Shown: positions 8,568 through 17,869 of the stretch, one piece after another
How the letters are laid out: every line of letters starts with the position of its first letter
Position numbering within the stretch: position 1 is the first letter of the stretch
From: a virus
Lineage: Duplodnaviria > Caudoviricetes
IMG/VR virus record: IMGVR_UViG_3300035180_000153
Location: 1 to 54,354 of that record
Strand: one strand, 5' to 3'
DNA: 54,354 nucleotides
The notes under the pieces: model-generated
What the model was told of the DNA's origin: nothing
What the model saw: the letters and a program-made list of their open reading frames with translations, nothing else
Database searches by the model: none
Translations under genes and position numbers: made by a program

Positions 8568-10823
8568 TCATGCTCCTTGTAGGTTGTCTGTTCCGGTAGG
8601 CGTTTCTATCCCTGCGTTCTGCCCGACATTCGGATCGTGCGGAACTGCATTGTGCGGCAATGGCTGTTGCTGCTGCTGACTCATTGGTGACTGCTGGCGC
8701 AACGGAACAGTTTCCCCATAATCTCCATATTTGGCGTTATGCAATATCTCATCAGCAGCAGGTGCTACGTGGGGCGCAGCAGAAACCTGCATTCCAGCCT
8801 GCATCGCCGCATATGCCGCATCGACACGCTTGTTAGTGGCGTCTGCTCGCAATTTCTCGACTTCTGCCGCGAGTTTCTCAAGCTGCAATCGCATCTGTTC
8901 TTGCTGCATTTGCGCGGCATTGTTCTTTGCTTGCTCCTGTTCTGGAGTCAGCTTGTTGTCTTCGCCGTATCCATTGATTTTGCGGATTCGGCTGACGATC
9001 TCGTCCTTGCCAGGCACATCTGCCATTTCAAATACCAAGTCCAGCAGTTGCAGCGAAACGTCAGGAGGCAACGCCCGAACCATGTCAGTCATCTGCTCGA
9101 ACATCGCTTGTCGCATGGATTCGCGGAAGTCTTGCTCTGACACAACGAAATCGTCCTGGCTCGCGGTAATGTCGTTCTCGAACACGAATGTTCCGCTCGA
9201 AGGATCGAAGCGCGGTATGTTGATAGAAGTCCAGTCTGGCTTGTTTCCTTCTCCCAGAATGCGCAAGTCCATTTGCTGATCGTAAAACTGTTCTATTAAA
9301 CTCAACTGAATCTCACCCTGGTGCTGCACTGCGAAGCGCAGGTTGTCAAATAGCTCAGCAGTCACCACGCTTCCTTGTGTCTGCTTGGCAAGTATGGCCT
9401 TGCCGCTCTGTGCGTTGGTATCGCGCCCGAGATTTTCGCTAGTGACACCAGATATTTCCTGAATGTGCAGGCCGTCCTGCTGCATCAGTGCGATATGTTC
9501 TTGCGCCAGATTACGATCCACGTTGATGTCGAAGCGCTTTCCCGGGCGAACACGGATAATTCCGTCTGGACGCGCCACCTCGTTCATGGCCTCGTCCCAA
9601 TCGACAACCGCGTCCTCGTCAGCGATCACTTTCGCGCTAGAAAGGATGTATTGCGCTTTGCTGTACCTCTTATTCAGATCGTCCTGGGCGTCTCGACAAC
9701 CTCGCACAACTCCGTATGGCGCATTGTCTCGATTGCGTCTGAACCCCCAGACAGGTGTGAATGGGAATCTATTATGACGGTACGGAGATTCCTGATCTTG
9801 CAGTAGAATGTCATCGCAGAATATCGCAACTCGCACCTGCATTACCACGGAATCGTATACGCTGCTGAACTCTTCCTGAACCGCTTTGAGGTGCAATAGA
9901 TTGGATGGATCGAATATTGCCCCATGCAGATCACCGCCCTGTAGCTTTTGCACCGTCTTAGGCTCTCGATACCAGCACTCTACAAGTTTTATACGTTCTC
10001 TCGTTGATGGCAGGTAAGTAGGAAACTCCGAACCATAAGAAAGGTTTCCGATCACGCGGCCATTGTTGTCAACGCGCTGGAAATGAAGTCCGAGGTAGTA
10101 TTCGTCCTCGTTTCTCACAGTCATTTGCACCGACTTCGCTGCGGATTTCAGCTCGTCAGCACGATCAGGAAACATGGCCTGCGCAATGTCCAAATCTACC
10201 CACTTGCTGCGGAATATATAGCGCGAATCGGACAAATCCCGCTCGCGCGAGAACGGATCATACCAGATATTGCGCCAGCTCTCGGCCCTCACGAATATCG
10301 GATTTTCCGACTCATCCCCTCGGATACCAGTCTCGATCCAGCCAACTCCGACGATAGCGGCGTCCTTGAACGCCTCGGATCGTGCGAATGGCGCTTTACT
10401 GGTGTCGCTCACGTACTTCATAATTTGCGTCTTTGCTACTGCCGCTTCCACGCCGTCCTTTCTGCGCGGGAGAACCACGCTATCAACGCGCGTCCGGCGC
10501 TCGGTGCCAACGATCCAGTCCATAGTAGGCTTGATCTTGTTATAGACTAATGCCGGTTGTTCTCTGTCCTCAAGTTGCTTTCTGTCCTCGTCGCTCCACT
10601 GCTCGTGATCGTAATAGCTGTAGTCTATATCCTGCTCGATGCGAATACTTGATTCCGCTTCGTGAGACTGCATGAACCACTCTTGCAGCTTGTGCAGCCG
10701 CTTCAGCATTTCAGGCGTTTTCAGCGGATTCAGCGATTCTACAGTCTCAAGCTCTTCGCTTCCTGCCGTCCAGCCATCCAGACTATGCTTGACTGTCGCG
10801 TCAGTGAACTTCGATGTAATCAT
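8568..10823 (-). CDS. Portal protein (P22-like)
   Basis: YYDHEQW, YNKIKP, GVGWIE, PYGVVR..RDAQD..NKR, SGKAI motifs. Confidence 0.92.
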   Translation of the reverse strand: MITSKFTDATVKHSLDGWTAGSEELETVESLNPLKTPEMLKRLHKLQEWFMQSHEAESSIRIEQDIDYSYYDHEQWSDEDRKQLEDREQPALVYNKIKPTMDWIVGTERRTRVDSVVLPRRKDGVEAAVAKTQIMKYVSDTSKAPFARSEAFKDAAIVGVGWIETGIRGDESENPIFVRAESWRNIWYDPFSRERDLSDSRYIFRSKWVDLDIAQAMFPDRADELKSAAKSVQMTVRNEDEYYLGLHFQRVDNNGRVIGNLSYGSEFPTYLPSTRERIKLVECWYREPKTVQKLQGGDLHGAIFDPSNLLHLKAVQEEFSSVYDSVVMQVRVAIFCDDILLQDQESPYRHNRFPFTPVWGFRRNRDNAPYGVVRGCRDAQDDLNKRYSKAQYILSSAKVIADEDAVVDWDEAMNEVARPDGIIRVRPGKRFDINVDRNLAQEHIALMQQDGLHIQEISGVTSENLGRDTNAQSGKAILAKQTQGSVVTAELFDNLRFAVQHQGEIQLSLIEQFYDQQMDLRILGEGNKPDWTSINIPRFDPSSGTFVFENDITASQDDFVVSEQDFRESMRQAMFEQMTDMVRALPPDVSLQLLDLVFEMADVPGKDEIVSRIRKINGYGEDNKLTPEQEQAKNNAAQMQQEQMRLQLEKLAAEVEKLRADATNKRVDAAYAAMQAGMQVSAAPHVAPAADEILHNAKYGDYGETVPLRQQSPMSQQQQQPLPHNAVPHDPNVGQNAGIETPTGTDNLQGA

Positions 10824-11203
10824 TCAGCGCATTCCAAGCTGACGGAGTTGCCGTTGATGCTGACGCCAATGTCTGGAGTTTTCTTCTCGATGACTGGCTC
10901 GGGCGGCATAGCGCACAAATCCACCAGCGCATCGTTGATTGCATCGGCAATACGATGAATCACGAATTTGTCGCGCCCCATGCCCATCACGTCGGCAGCC
11001 TTGTGAGATTGTGCGATCAAGTAATCATCATCGGTGTACTGGTGCGCTGCGCTCAGGCAAACCACGAAAGCGCCCGATCCGGTGCGACGGAACAACGGGA
11101 ACAACACGATTGCAGGTTCTCCGTTCACCCAGCGCAGGTGTATACCAATGTCGCCCTTGATAAATGCTTTGTGCGCGCCCTGTGGATTAAATTCGACTGG
11201 CAT
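10820..11203 (-). CDS. Hypothetical protein between terL and portal
   Basis: Coupled ORF in the packaging operon. Confidence 0.7.
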   Translation of the reverse strand: MPVEFNPQGAHKAFIKGDIGIHLRWVNGEPAIVLFPLFRRTGSGAFVVCLSAAHQYTDDDYLIAQSHKAADVMGMGRDKFVIHRIADAINDALVDLCAMPPEPVIEKKTPDIGVSINGNSVSLECAE

Positions 11204-12601
11204 TTACTTGGTTCTCCACGATCCGCTCTCGCGCTTGATGCGCTGGCGTGGTTTCGATGAGACGCCTCCGCCTACGGCCAGCGTCATGTTCCACGCATCG
11301 GCCAAGTCTGGAGAGGTAACGCCGCGTTTTTTCATTTCGTCCTTGCTTTCAACTTGGATTTTTCCGTTGCTCTGGTATTTGTATTTCGGCAACGTCAACT
11401 CTGCCACAAGAGCATCGTCGCACAACTTGCAGTCGCGTGAGGCCAGCCATTCCCTGCTCTTGAACCACAACTCATCGCGGAGCCGCATATACCGCTCTTG
11501 TATTGCTGGCTGCTCTCCCACGTTGATGCCTACAACTGGCAGGCCCATTTCTGCAAGACGATCATAGACACCCGCTCCTAATCCAATGATGTCTACAGCG
11601 ATTGCCTCTGGCTTGTCTTTGTCTGGAGTATCCTCATACGCAGAAACCACGCGCCCAGCAGTTTGCATCAAGTCCAGCCCCTGCCATGACACCACCTTTT
11701 CTAGCTGCGTATTTCCCTTTCGCTTCGCTAGTGCGGTGCGATCGCTGCCGTAGCGAGCAACGTCCAGTCCCCAGATCACGCTGGAGCCAATAGTCTCAAT
11801 ATCGCGCTCCAGCGCACTTTCCGCAAGCTCTAGCGGTATTACAGTATCGTCCTCGCTCAGCGGGAAGTCGCCAAGCACCCGGACACGGAAGACGTTCGAA
11901 TCGCGCCCATAGCGCTCGGACATTGAATCAATAAAGTCCTTGGTGACGCGACTAGATTCTTCGCACCCGACGCGCTTCGTCCACCAATGTTCACGCGCTG
12001 CGTGAAACGCGTCATAGAAATACCCGCTGGTGCGCGTAGGGTTGCCAACCATGAGTGTTTTCGCGCCTGGCGTGGACATTGCGCCCTCGCCAACCTCGAA
12101 GATTATATCCTCAACGCCGCTGGCTTCGTCCGCCAGGAACAGCATATTAGTTGAGTGGAAACCCTGAAACGCTTCGGGGTTTTCCTTGCGAGCAGTACGC
12201 GCAACCGCGAACGATTCGTTCGCCGCGCCAACTATCTCCACCCTATCACTCTTGATGAGAACGAGTCGCTTAAAGTAGTCGATTACGATATTGCGCTGCC
12301 ACTTCGACAACTCGCCCCACAGCACATCCTGCAATTGGTGCGCAGTCGGGGCGGTAATGGCGACTTTTGCCGGGTAGCGCGTCATCAGCCACCAATAGAC
12401 TATCCAGCTAAGCAATGCAGATTTTCCGACTCCGTGGCCGGAGCGGATTGCGATCTTGTCCTGCGACACAAGCGCACTCATTACATCAACCTGCCACTGC
12501 TCGGGTGTCGCGCCAATCACCTGCCGAACAAATAGATCGGGCCGGTAGTAATATTGCTCGATAGCGTCCGCGAGACTAGATATGCGCCGCAATGCGAGCA
12601 T
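11204..12601 (-). CDS. terL: Terminase large subunit
   Basis: Walker A SGHGVGKS, Walker B LADEASG, GNPTR, nuclease GLDVAR..SD and SPDLAD; ATG 12601 with AGGA RBS. Confidence 0.95.
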   Translation of the reverse strand: MLALRRISSLADAIEQYYYRPDLFVRQVIGATPEQWQVDVMSALVSQDKIAIRSGHGVGKSALLSWIVYWWLMTRYPAKVAITAPTAHQLQDVLWGELSKWQRNIVIDYFKRLVLIKSDRVEIVGAANESFAVARTARKENPEAFQGFHSTNMLFLADEASGVEDIIFEVGEGAMSTPGAKTLMVGNPTRTSGYFYDAFHAAREHWWTKRVGCEESSRVTKDFIDSMSERYGRDSNVFRVRVLGDFPLSEDDTVIPLELAESALERDIETIGSSVIWGLDVARYGSDRTALAKRKGNTQLEKVVSWQGLDLMQTAGRVVSAYEDTPDKDKPEAIAVDIIGLGAGVYDRLAEMGLPVVGINVGEQPAIQERYMRLRDELWFKSREWLASRDCKLCDDALVAELTLPKYKYQSNGKIQVESKDEMKKRGVTSPDLADAWNMTLAVGGGVSSKPRQRIKRESGSWRTK

Positions 12602-13232
12602 TTGCTTCCTGGATTGCACGGATTGCAGCACCTACATCGCTGTCGCTGGTTTCCTCGCTCTTGATGCCGTATGCCTCGCGCTCCAGCGATACAAGCACCC
12701 GTAGCGTATCTGCAAGCTTGCGAACGCCGTCGATGCGTGATGGCAATTCAATCACTTTGCGGTATATCTCATAGCGCTTGTCGTTGCCCTTGTCGTCCGG
12801 GGCTTGAAGCAAATCGCCCAACTGCGAATACAACTCACGGTTGTCTGTTACCTCCTCCAGCTCCCCAAGCATCCGCATGGCCAGATTGCGATTGCGCTGT
12901 ATGTCCTTTCGGTGCGCCAGCCGAATACGGGCCTGCACCTCGGCTTCCACCTCAATTACAGTCGCTTCTGCAATTTCAGTTTGCGCGTTAACTTCGCCGT
13001 TAACCTCGGCGGCGTCATTAACTAAGGTATCATTAACTAAGGCGGCACTAACTTTCGCATCAGCCTTGGCTTTGATCCTCGCGCTTAAGTCTCGCGTCCA
13101 GCCGTCCTTCCTTGCACGCTTCAGGATGCCAGCGCCGGAGACGCCGAACTCCGCACCGATGTCATGGAGTGATCGGATACCGGCTCGATACTGTATCTCT
13201 ACCGCCTCCCAATCAATTGCTTTACGTGTCAT
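12576..13232 (-). CDS. terS: Terminase small subunit
   Basis: DWEAVE..YRAG..S...IG..GVS...I.KRA...GWTRDL HTH; directly upstream of terL. Confidence 0.85.
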   Translation of the reverse strand: MTRKAIDWEAVEIQYRAGIRSLHDIGAEFGVSGAGILKRARKDGWTRDLSARIKAKADAKVSAALVNDTLVNDAAEVNGEVNAQTEIAEATVIEVEAEVQARIRLAHRKDIQRNRNLAMRMLGELEEVTDNRELYSQLGDLLQAPDDKGNDKRYEIYRKVIELPSRIDGVRKLADTLRVLVSLEREAYGIKSEETSDSDVGAAIRAIQEANARIAAHI

Positions 13233-13247
13233 TTCGTCTGTGCCAAT

Positions 13248-13275
13248 TAAAAAGCCCACCAATTATTAGCGGGCT
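13248..13275 (-). terminator. Late-leader terminator (tR'-like)
   Basis: AGCCCGCTAA-TAA-TTGGTGGGCT followed by TTTT, just upstream of terS. Confidence 0.7.
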
Positions 13276-13316
13276 CCTATGTGCGGTAGAAACAAAACCG
13301 CACTCTATCAAAAGCA

Positions 13317-13345
13317 CTTATACACCAGTTCCCGACTTTCCGCAA
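13317..13345 (-). promoter_or_regulatory. Putative late promoter (pR'-like)
   Basis: TTGCGG-17 nt-TATAAG, followed by hairpin GTGCGGT..ACCGCAC (13281-13303) and a terminator. Confidence 0.55.
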
Positions 13346-13378
13346 CATAACCTCACAAAAATATCTTTTGAAAAAGTG

Positions 13379-13406
13379 TTGCTTTTTCTTTCGATGTATG
13401 TATAAT
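13379..13406 (+). promoter_or_regulatory. Sigma70-like promoter for the plus-strand cassette
   Basis: TTGCTT-16 nt-TATAAT with an A/T-rich upstream tract. Confidence 0.65.
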
Positions 13407-13459
13407 GCAAGTCATGGGATGCAATAACGCAGCCCGCAACCAACAATAAGGAGTAAATC

Positions 13460-13729
13460 ATGAAAAAGATCACGAAAGATGCAAAGCTGGGAATCTTCAG
13501 CGGGCAATACGTTGCCAATATCTACAAAGACAAGATAGTCGTGGTAACCCCATATGTAACATGGATAGGCGACGCAGGAAGGTATGCAGAACACAAGGAT
13601 ACTATCCGCGATCAGTCTGTAGTGTCCGACGTCTTGGCGGATTTGGCGGACGGCAGAGAGGCGGATGCTTGGCGGAGGATCTGCAACCACCTTGCGGACG
13701 AGTGGATGGCGTACTCCGGCATGACGTAG
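13460..13729 (+). CDS. Hypothetical protein (moron-like)
   Basis: AAGGAG RBS; downstream of the promoter. Confidence 0.75.
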   Translation: MKKITKDAKLGIFSGQYVANIYKDKIVVVTPYVTWIGDAGRYAEHKDTIRDQSVVSDVLADLADGREADAWRRICNHLADEWMAYSGMT

Positions 13730-13762
13730 CCCGCCGGATGCATGGCATAAGGAGTAGATATC

Positions 13763-13999
13763 ATGAAACTAGGAAGGATAAGTGCGGATCAGATTCTGGA
13801 TGAACTGGAGTTGCTCCAGGGAACCGCATCGAAATCACTGATCCGCGCCGTTGCGCGGGCCGGTGATGACACCGGACTGATCGGGCCGCATGCGGCAATG
13901 GAGTTTTACGGGCCAGGCTTCCCTAGGAAGCACACATACACGGACGTGCGCCGTGTCCTACTGGATATGGGCTGCGTTCCACGCTCCAAGTTGGATTAG
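13763..13999 (+). CDS. Hypothetical protein (moron-like)
   Basis: AAGGAG RBS. Confidence 0.7.
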   Translation: MKLGRISADQILDELELLQGTASKSLIRAVARAGDDTGLIGPHAAMEFYGPGFPRKHTYTDVRRVLLDMGCVPRSKLD

Positions 14000-14063
14000 A
14001 ACACAAACGCCCGTGGCAGCCATGCCTTGGGATTGCATTTTACCACATGCAAAGGAGTAGAAA

Positions 14064-14309
14064 ATGAATGCCATCAAAAATTTTGAAATCGCAGCAAAAT
14101 CCATAATTGATGAAGCCCCAACAGAAAAGGCGCGCATTTTCGCCGAAAGGCTCGCCGCAAAAATCCGCGCCAAAGGAGAAGATTGGATCGCGGCTCGCAT
14201 TTCCGCTCTACACATATCAGACTCCGAGGTTTCGGACGCCTCTATCTGCCCGATAGAGGACAACGCGTTGTTATACTTGATAGATTGGCAACGCGCTCTG
14301 GCGAAATAA
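14064..14309 (+). CDS. Hypothetical protein (moron-like)
   Basis: AAGGAG RBS. Confidence 0.7.
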   Translation: MNAIKNFEIAAKSIIDEAPTEKARIFAERLAAKIRAKGEDWIAARISALHISDSEVSDASICPIEDNALLYLIDWQRALAK

Positions 14310-14337
14310 TCAATAACCACGGCATAGCAGGTGTTTA

Positions 14338-14601
14338 ATGCAAGGAATAGAAAAAATGTCTATGAATCAAGAAAACCTCAAAAACGCATCCCAATCAAAA
14401 GAACTAATCAGCTTCGTTGTCGATCATGCAATTGAGCACTTGCGGAAGCAAGCGGCAGACAAAGGCGCGATCGTGACAAAATCTGATCTGCTGACTGCTA
14501 TCATGCACGATCCAGAAGGCAACGTGGCAAAGCGTTTCTCCGAACTTTTCTCCATCGGGTTCAGTGAGATTGTAAAAAGCCAAAGGCTAGTCAACAAATA
14601 G
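14338..14601 (+). CDS. Hypothetical protein (moron-like)
   Basis: AAGGA RBS before an internal ATG; converges on the Q-like gene. Confidence 0.6.
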   Translation: MQGIEKMSMNQENLKNASQSKELISFVVDHAIEHLRKQAADKGAIVTKSDLLTAIMHDPEGNVAKRFSELFSIGFSEIVKSQRLVNK

Positions 14602-15084
14602 GTATTTCGGTTCCGCATCTCTGATCCGTGATACAGCGCGCTCCAGCACCGCATCTAGCGCACGGTATGCGCCGCGCCGCGTCTCCAGCGCTGTCGATTT
14701 ACGACATTGCAGTGCCCGGCGCAATTCCTCAACGCCGCGATTGCGCCCGCAATATGCGTTGACAATATCCTCAATGGCGCGTTGCGAGTGTATCCCTGCC
14801 GGGAGCGCCGCCACGACGATCGGAACAAGATACGCGCTAACATCCGCCGCGTCTGCTATTCCGTACAACGCCCTCAGCAGAACCATGCTAGGCTTGTCTG
14901 TTGCTCTCGACGCCTGATCTATAATCATAGCGGCGTATGCGTGCCTGTCATGCGATGTAAGCTCTCCGTGCGACATTCCGCCGCCGCCCATCATCGACTT
15001 TGAAACCGAAGATGTTTTAATGATCGCCGTGGATTCCACCCGGAAGGCCCAGGCAAGCGCATGCTCTACGCTCTTAAATTTCAT
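14587..15084 (-). CDS. Putative late antiterminator (Q-like position)
   Basis: Last gene of the early operon before the late promoter/terminator; C-terminal HTH-like segment; ATGA coupling. Confidence 0.55.
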   Translation of the reverse strand: MKFKSVEHALAWAFRVESTAIIKTSSVSKSMMGGGGMSHGELTSHDRHAYAAMIIDQASRATDKPSMVLLRALYGIADAADVSAYLVPIVVAALPAGIHSQRAIEDIVNAYCGRNRGVEELRRALQCRKSTALETRRGAYRALDAVLERAVSRIRDAEPKYLFVD

Positions 15085-15314
15085 CGCAGCCCCTGTTTTT
15101 CCGCTTCCCGTTTTGCGTCTTCTGGAGAGTCGAAAGTCCTGATCATGATCCAGTATTTTGTCGCGTTCTGGAAAAGCGTATATCTGTATTTCTCGCCAAC
15201 CTTTGCCGCCGCGATACGGTATTTCCCGGATTCCCAGGCTGTAGGCCCGATGCGAACCCACTGCATGGGGGGGGAGTTACCCGTCGTAACATCCGCAGTG
15301 CGGATCATCGTCAC
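15081..15314 (-). CDS. Hypothetical protein
   Basis: Coupled ORF. Confidence 0.55.
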   Translation of the reverse strand: MTMIRTADVTTGNSPPMQWVRIGPTAWESGKYRIAAAKVGEKYRYTLFQNATKYWIMIRTFDSPEDAKREAEKQGLR

Positions 15315-16002
15315 TCAAGCGGCCTCCGTCGTAAAATATATCGCCCTGTCTAGCCCGTTCGCGCCAGTAGCTCGCTGGCTTGTCGCCCCATTGTGTGCGC
15401 GGCTGGCCGTCCGGTTGCGGCCCGTGTGTCGCCGTGGCGATGTCCTCAAGCCGAGCGATCCGCTCAAACTTGCATGGATCAACTTTCGCCAACCGGATCA
15501 CTTCTCCCGCCCGCATGAAGGGGCAACACCAGCAACCGCTTTTCCCTGGAGACGGCAGCCCTTCTGCCTTTATGATTGCTTCGCATCCGTCTCTGTCAAT
15601 ATCTAGATCAACCAATGGCCTAACCCTGTCCGGCATCCGGTGAGCCTCTCCGGCATCCACCCCGATCAACTGCACGCCACCGCCGTTCGCCGCAACGTGC
15701 CGCTCTATCGGCTTGATCTTGCCTTCCACCGTGCATCCGCGAAGCAGGCGGCTTCCGGTAACTTTCAGTCGCTCCCATCGCTCAAGGATTGTTTCTTCAG
15801 GCCTTACCACTTCGAGAGTTTTCCCATGCCTTTCCAACCACGGATTAAAGTGATCGCGAATGTAAGCGTATGTTTCCTGGCGCTCCTCTCCGGTGTCTGA
15901 GAAAACAATCCGCCACGGCTCATACTGAGGAAGCTTACCACTCATCAACAACACGGCCAGCGCAGTGCTATTTACACCACCGCCATAACTCAACCAGAAC
16001 AT
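15277..16002 (-). CDS. PAPS-reductase-like / adenine nucleotide alpha-hydrolase (PP-loop) protein
   Basis: SYGGGVNST PP-loop, FSDTGEE, KSGCWCCPF; GGAGGAGG RBS. Confidence 0.8.
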   Translation of the reverse strand: MFWLSYGGGVNSTALAVLLMSGKLPQYEPWRIVFSDTGEERQETYAYIRDHFNPWLERHGKTLEVVRPEETILERWERLKVTGSRLLRGCTVEGKIKPIERHVAANGGGVQLIGVDAGEAHRMPDRVRPLVDLDIDRDGCEAIIKAEGLPSPGKSGCWCCPFMRAGEVIRLAKVDPCKFERIARLEDIATATHGPQPDGQPRTQWGDKPASYWRERARQGDIFYDGGRLSDDDPHCGCYDG

Positions 16003-16076
16003 TTAATCCTCCTCCGAAGAACGGATAAATCTGCGTTGCTGTGTTTCTCGTTCATGTTTTTTCTATTCGCGCCACT

Positions 16077-16268
16077 TCACGCTGTTCTGGCCTGATTTAT
16101 TTCTTTCCTCCGCCGTCTTGCGATATCGGCGCAATCGGCGCACTTGTATCCTCTGATGCTTCCTGTTTTGCTCCGCAGGACAGGAGTCCTTCCTTCTATC
16201 GGTTTCTCCATTCTGCAATACCAGCAGAAAAACTTGTTCATGCCGCTTCCATATAATGCTTCCTGCAC
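16077..16268 (-). CDS. Small Zn-finger-like protein
   Basis: CWYC...CADC. Confidence 0.55.
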   Translation of the reverse strand: MQEALYGSGMNKFFCWYCRMEKPIEGRTPVLRSKTGSIRGYKCADCADIARRRRKEINQARTA

Positions 16269-16441
16269 CGAACCGGGTAGCTTTTCATCCCTTTTGCGCA
16301 GTACGCCCTGCCGAACGCTTTTCCGACATGGATACAGCCCTTGCAGGTAGATGCTTCCTTGCGCTCATACGCAATAGCCGGATCGCCGTAACACACCGCT
16401 GGAAGAGCATTGCTTTTTTCTCTCATGGCTTCCATTTGCAC
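16238..16441 (-). CDS. Small Cys-rich hypothetical protein
   Basis: YGDP...CKGC.H...C...C..Y pattern. Confidence 0.6.
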   Translation of the reverse strand: MQMEAMREKSNALPAVCYGDPAIAYERKEASTCKGCIHVGKAFGRAYCAKGMKSYPVRCRKHYMEAA

Positions 16442-16728
16442 CCACTACATGCATACCAAGGTGTCGTCTTACCGCCAGCGGAGTCGCACAATTTCCTGAC
16501 ATGGGCATTTCCGCCAGGTTTCCAATGCTGACAGTTGCGAGTCATGCGGAATTTGTACCACTTGCCCGGAAACTCTTCGGAGTATACGTTCCGCACGAAT
16601 GCAGGGCGATTATAGCAGCTTGGGCGCTCAATTACTTCGGGCGCTTGGGTGCGCTGAAACCACATTTGCCGCACGTCTCCCAAGTCGCTTTCGATTTTTA
16701 TTACCCCTTTTTCCATTTTGTTACCCAT
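16423..16728 (-). CDS. Hypothetical Cys-containing protein
   Basis: CYNRP...CQH...CSGC. Confidence 0.6.
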   Translation of the reverse strand: MGNKMEKGVIKIESDLGDVRQMWFQRTQAPEVIERPSCYNRPAFVRNVYSEEFPGKWYKFRMTRNCQHWKPGGNAHVRKLCDSAGGKTTPWYACSGCKWKP

Positions 16729-16738
16729 TTTCTGGTGC

Positions 16739-16993
16739 TTATTCTGCGTTGGGCGTCACCCGCTGCTTGCAGATAAACGCGCCGTCCTTCGCAAATCCTT
16801 TGAAAAATTCCCCGCTAATCAACGTTTGTGCCGGAATCGTGAATGGCATCAGCGCCTCGGCGACCTTATGGAATTGTTCCATCGAAATATCGAACCTTTC
16901 GTACAGCGCCTGCTCAATGGCATTACTGTCTGCCGTCTCTTCGTCCATCCCTAGTACAACCACCGCGAGTTCTTCAGCGTCCATCCAGTCCAT
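16739..16993 (-). CDS. Hypothetical protein (cassette-like)
   Basis: AGGAG RBS before ATG 16993; ends in an attC-like motif. Confidence 0.65.
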   Translation of the reverse strand: MDWMDAEELAVVVLGMDEETADSNAIEQALYERFDISMEQFHKVAEALMPFTIPAQTLISGEFFKGFAKDGAFICKQRVTPNAE

Positions 16994-17016
16994 TTCAATC
17001 TCCTGTAAAAAGTGCC

Positions 17017-17075
17017 GCACAACCCAGCGGCCAATCGATAGTCGATAGATCAGCCACCTTACCTATGCGTTAGGC
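17017..17075 (-). repeat. attC-like 59-bp imperfect inverted repeat
   Basis: GCCTAAC ... GGCTGATC/GATTGGCC inner stem ... GTTGTGC. Confidence 0.45.
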
Positions 17076-17401
17076 CCAGCCGCTTTCGACGCCCTTAACG
17101 CAGCAAGCACACCCCGTGTCATAGCGGCAATGTTGCGCCCATTGTCCCGATACATCAGTGTCAGTCGCCGTATAGCAGTCAGTGCATCCGCCTCGGACAG
17201 ATTGGAAAGTCCGCCGAAGTGCGCAATGTCTGCGATCTGCCTTAGCGTTTTATTTTCCTCCGCTACGCCGGTTTCTCGACGCGTTCTCAGTTCGCGCAGC
17301 CATCGCGCAAGCTCCGCATGTTCATTGCCGCAGTCCGTACCGCGGAACTTGTAAGCCTGCGCGTCTGCGTGTGCTATCGCTTCGTCAATTGTCAAATTCA
17401 T
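17063..17401 (-). CDS. Hypothetical protein (cassette-like)
   Basis: LTIDEAIAHA...C..EH..LA.WL.EL pattern common in phage accessory genes; GGAG RBS. Confidence 0.7.
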   Translation of the reverse strand: MNLTIDEAIAHADAQAYKFRGTDCGNEHAELARWLRELRTRRETGVAEENKTLRQIADIAHFGGLSNLSEADALTAIRRLTLMYRDNGRNIAAMTRGVLAALRASKAAGPNA

Positions 17402-17463
17402 GTCTCCGTAGTGCGCTCTAACACAACAGTCCGCGCGGACGTTTTGGCAATGAAGGGTTACTA

Positions 17464-17541
17464 TGGTGGGCCGTGCAGGATTCGAACCTGACTTCCTCCC
17501 AATTATGAGTTGGGTGCTCTAACCGATTGAGCTACCGGCCC
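17464..17541 (-). tRNA. tRNA with CAT anticodon (probably Ile2, possibly Met), encoded CCA
   Basis: GGGCCGG acceptor, GCTC/GAGC D-arm, CCCAA-CTCATAA-TTGGG anticodon arm, GGTTCGAATCC T-loop, ACCA end; C4-G69 and C5-G68 pairs. Confidence 0.85.
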
Positions 17542-17568
17542 GTGTTTTCAGATTTTGCTCTTCAGGCG

Positions 17569-17865
17569 TTATCCGTCAATACACCCATACCCAAAGCAAT
17601 CATGTGCAGGGGAAGCACATTTTCCACTCGGGCATCCCGAATCGTTTTGTGCCGCCATGTTCCGCACATGACGCGCAATTTGCAGCAGCCTGTTATGCGC
17701 CTTTTTGTCTGGTGCATATTCAAGTTCGATCAACGTTGCCGCATCTTCAAGTGCGGCAGCAGCAACAGCTTGCCCAAACTTGGCAAGATCGGGCCACCAT
17801 TCTGCCGAAGGTTCGGCAGCACAGGATTGGAAGAAAATTCGCTTCAATGCATTATAATCAATCAT
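17569..17865 (-). CDS. Hypothetical protein
   Basis: AAGGAG RBS; ALEDAA..E pattern. Confidence 0.6.
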   Translation of the reverse strand: MIDYNALKRIFFQSCAAEPSAEWWPDLAKFGQAVAAAALEDAATLIELEYAPDKKAHNRLLQIARHVRNMAAQNDSGCPSGKCASPAHDCFGYGCIDG

Positions 17866-17869
17866 TGCA

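Noticed and set aside
17464-17490. Functional attP at the tRNA 3' end
   Set aside because: No integrase recognised in an apparently complete genome; kept only as a possible relic
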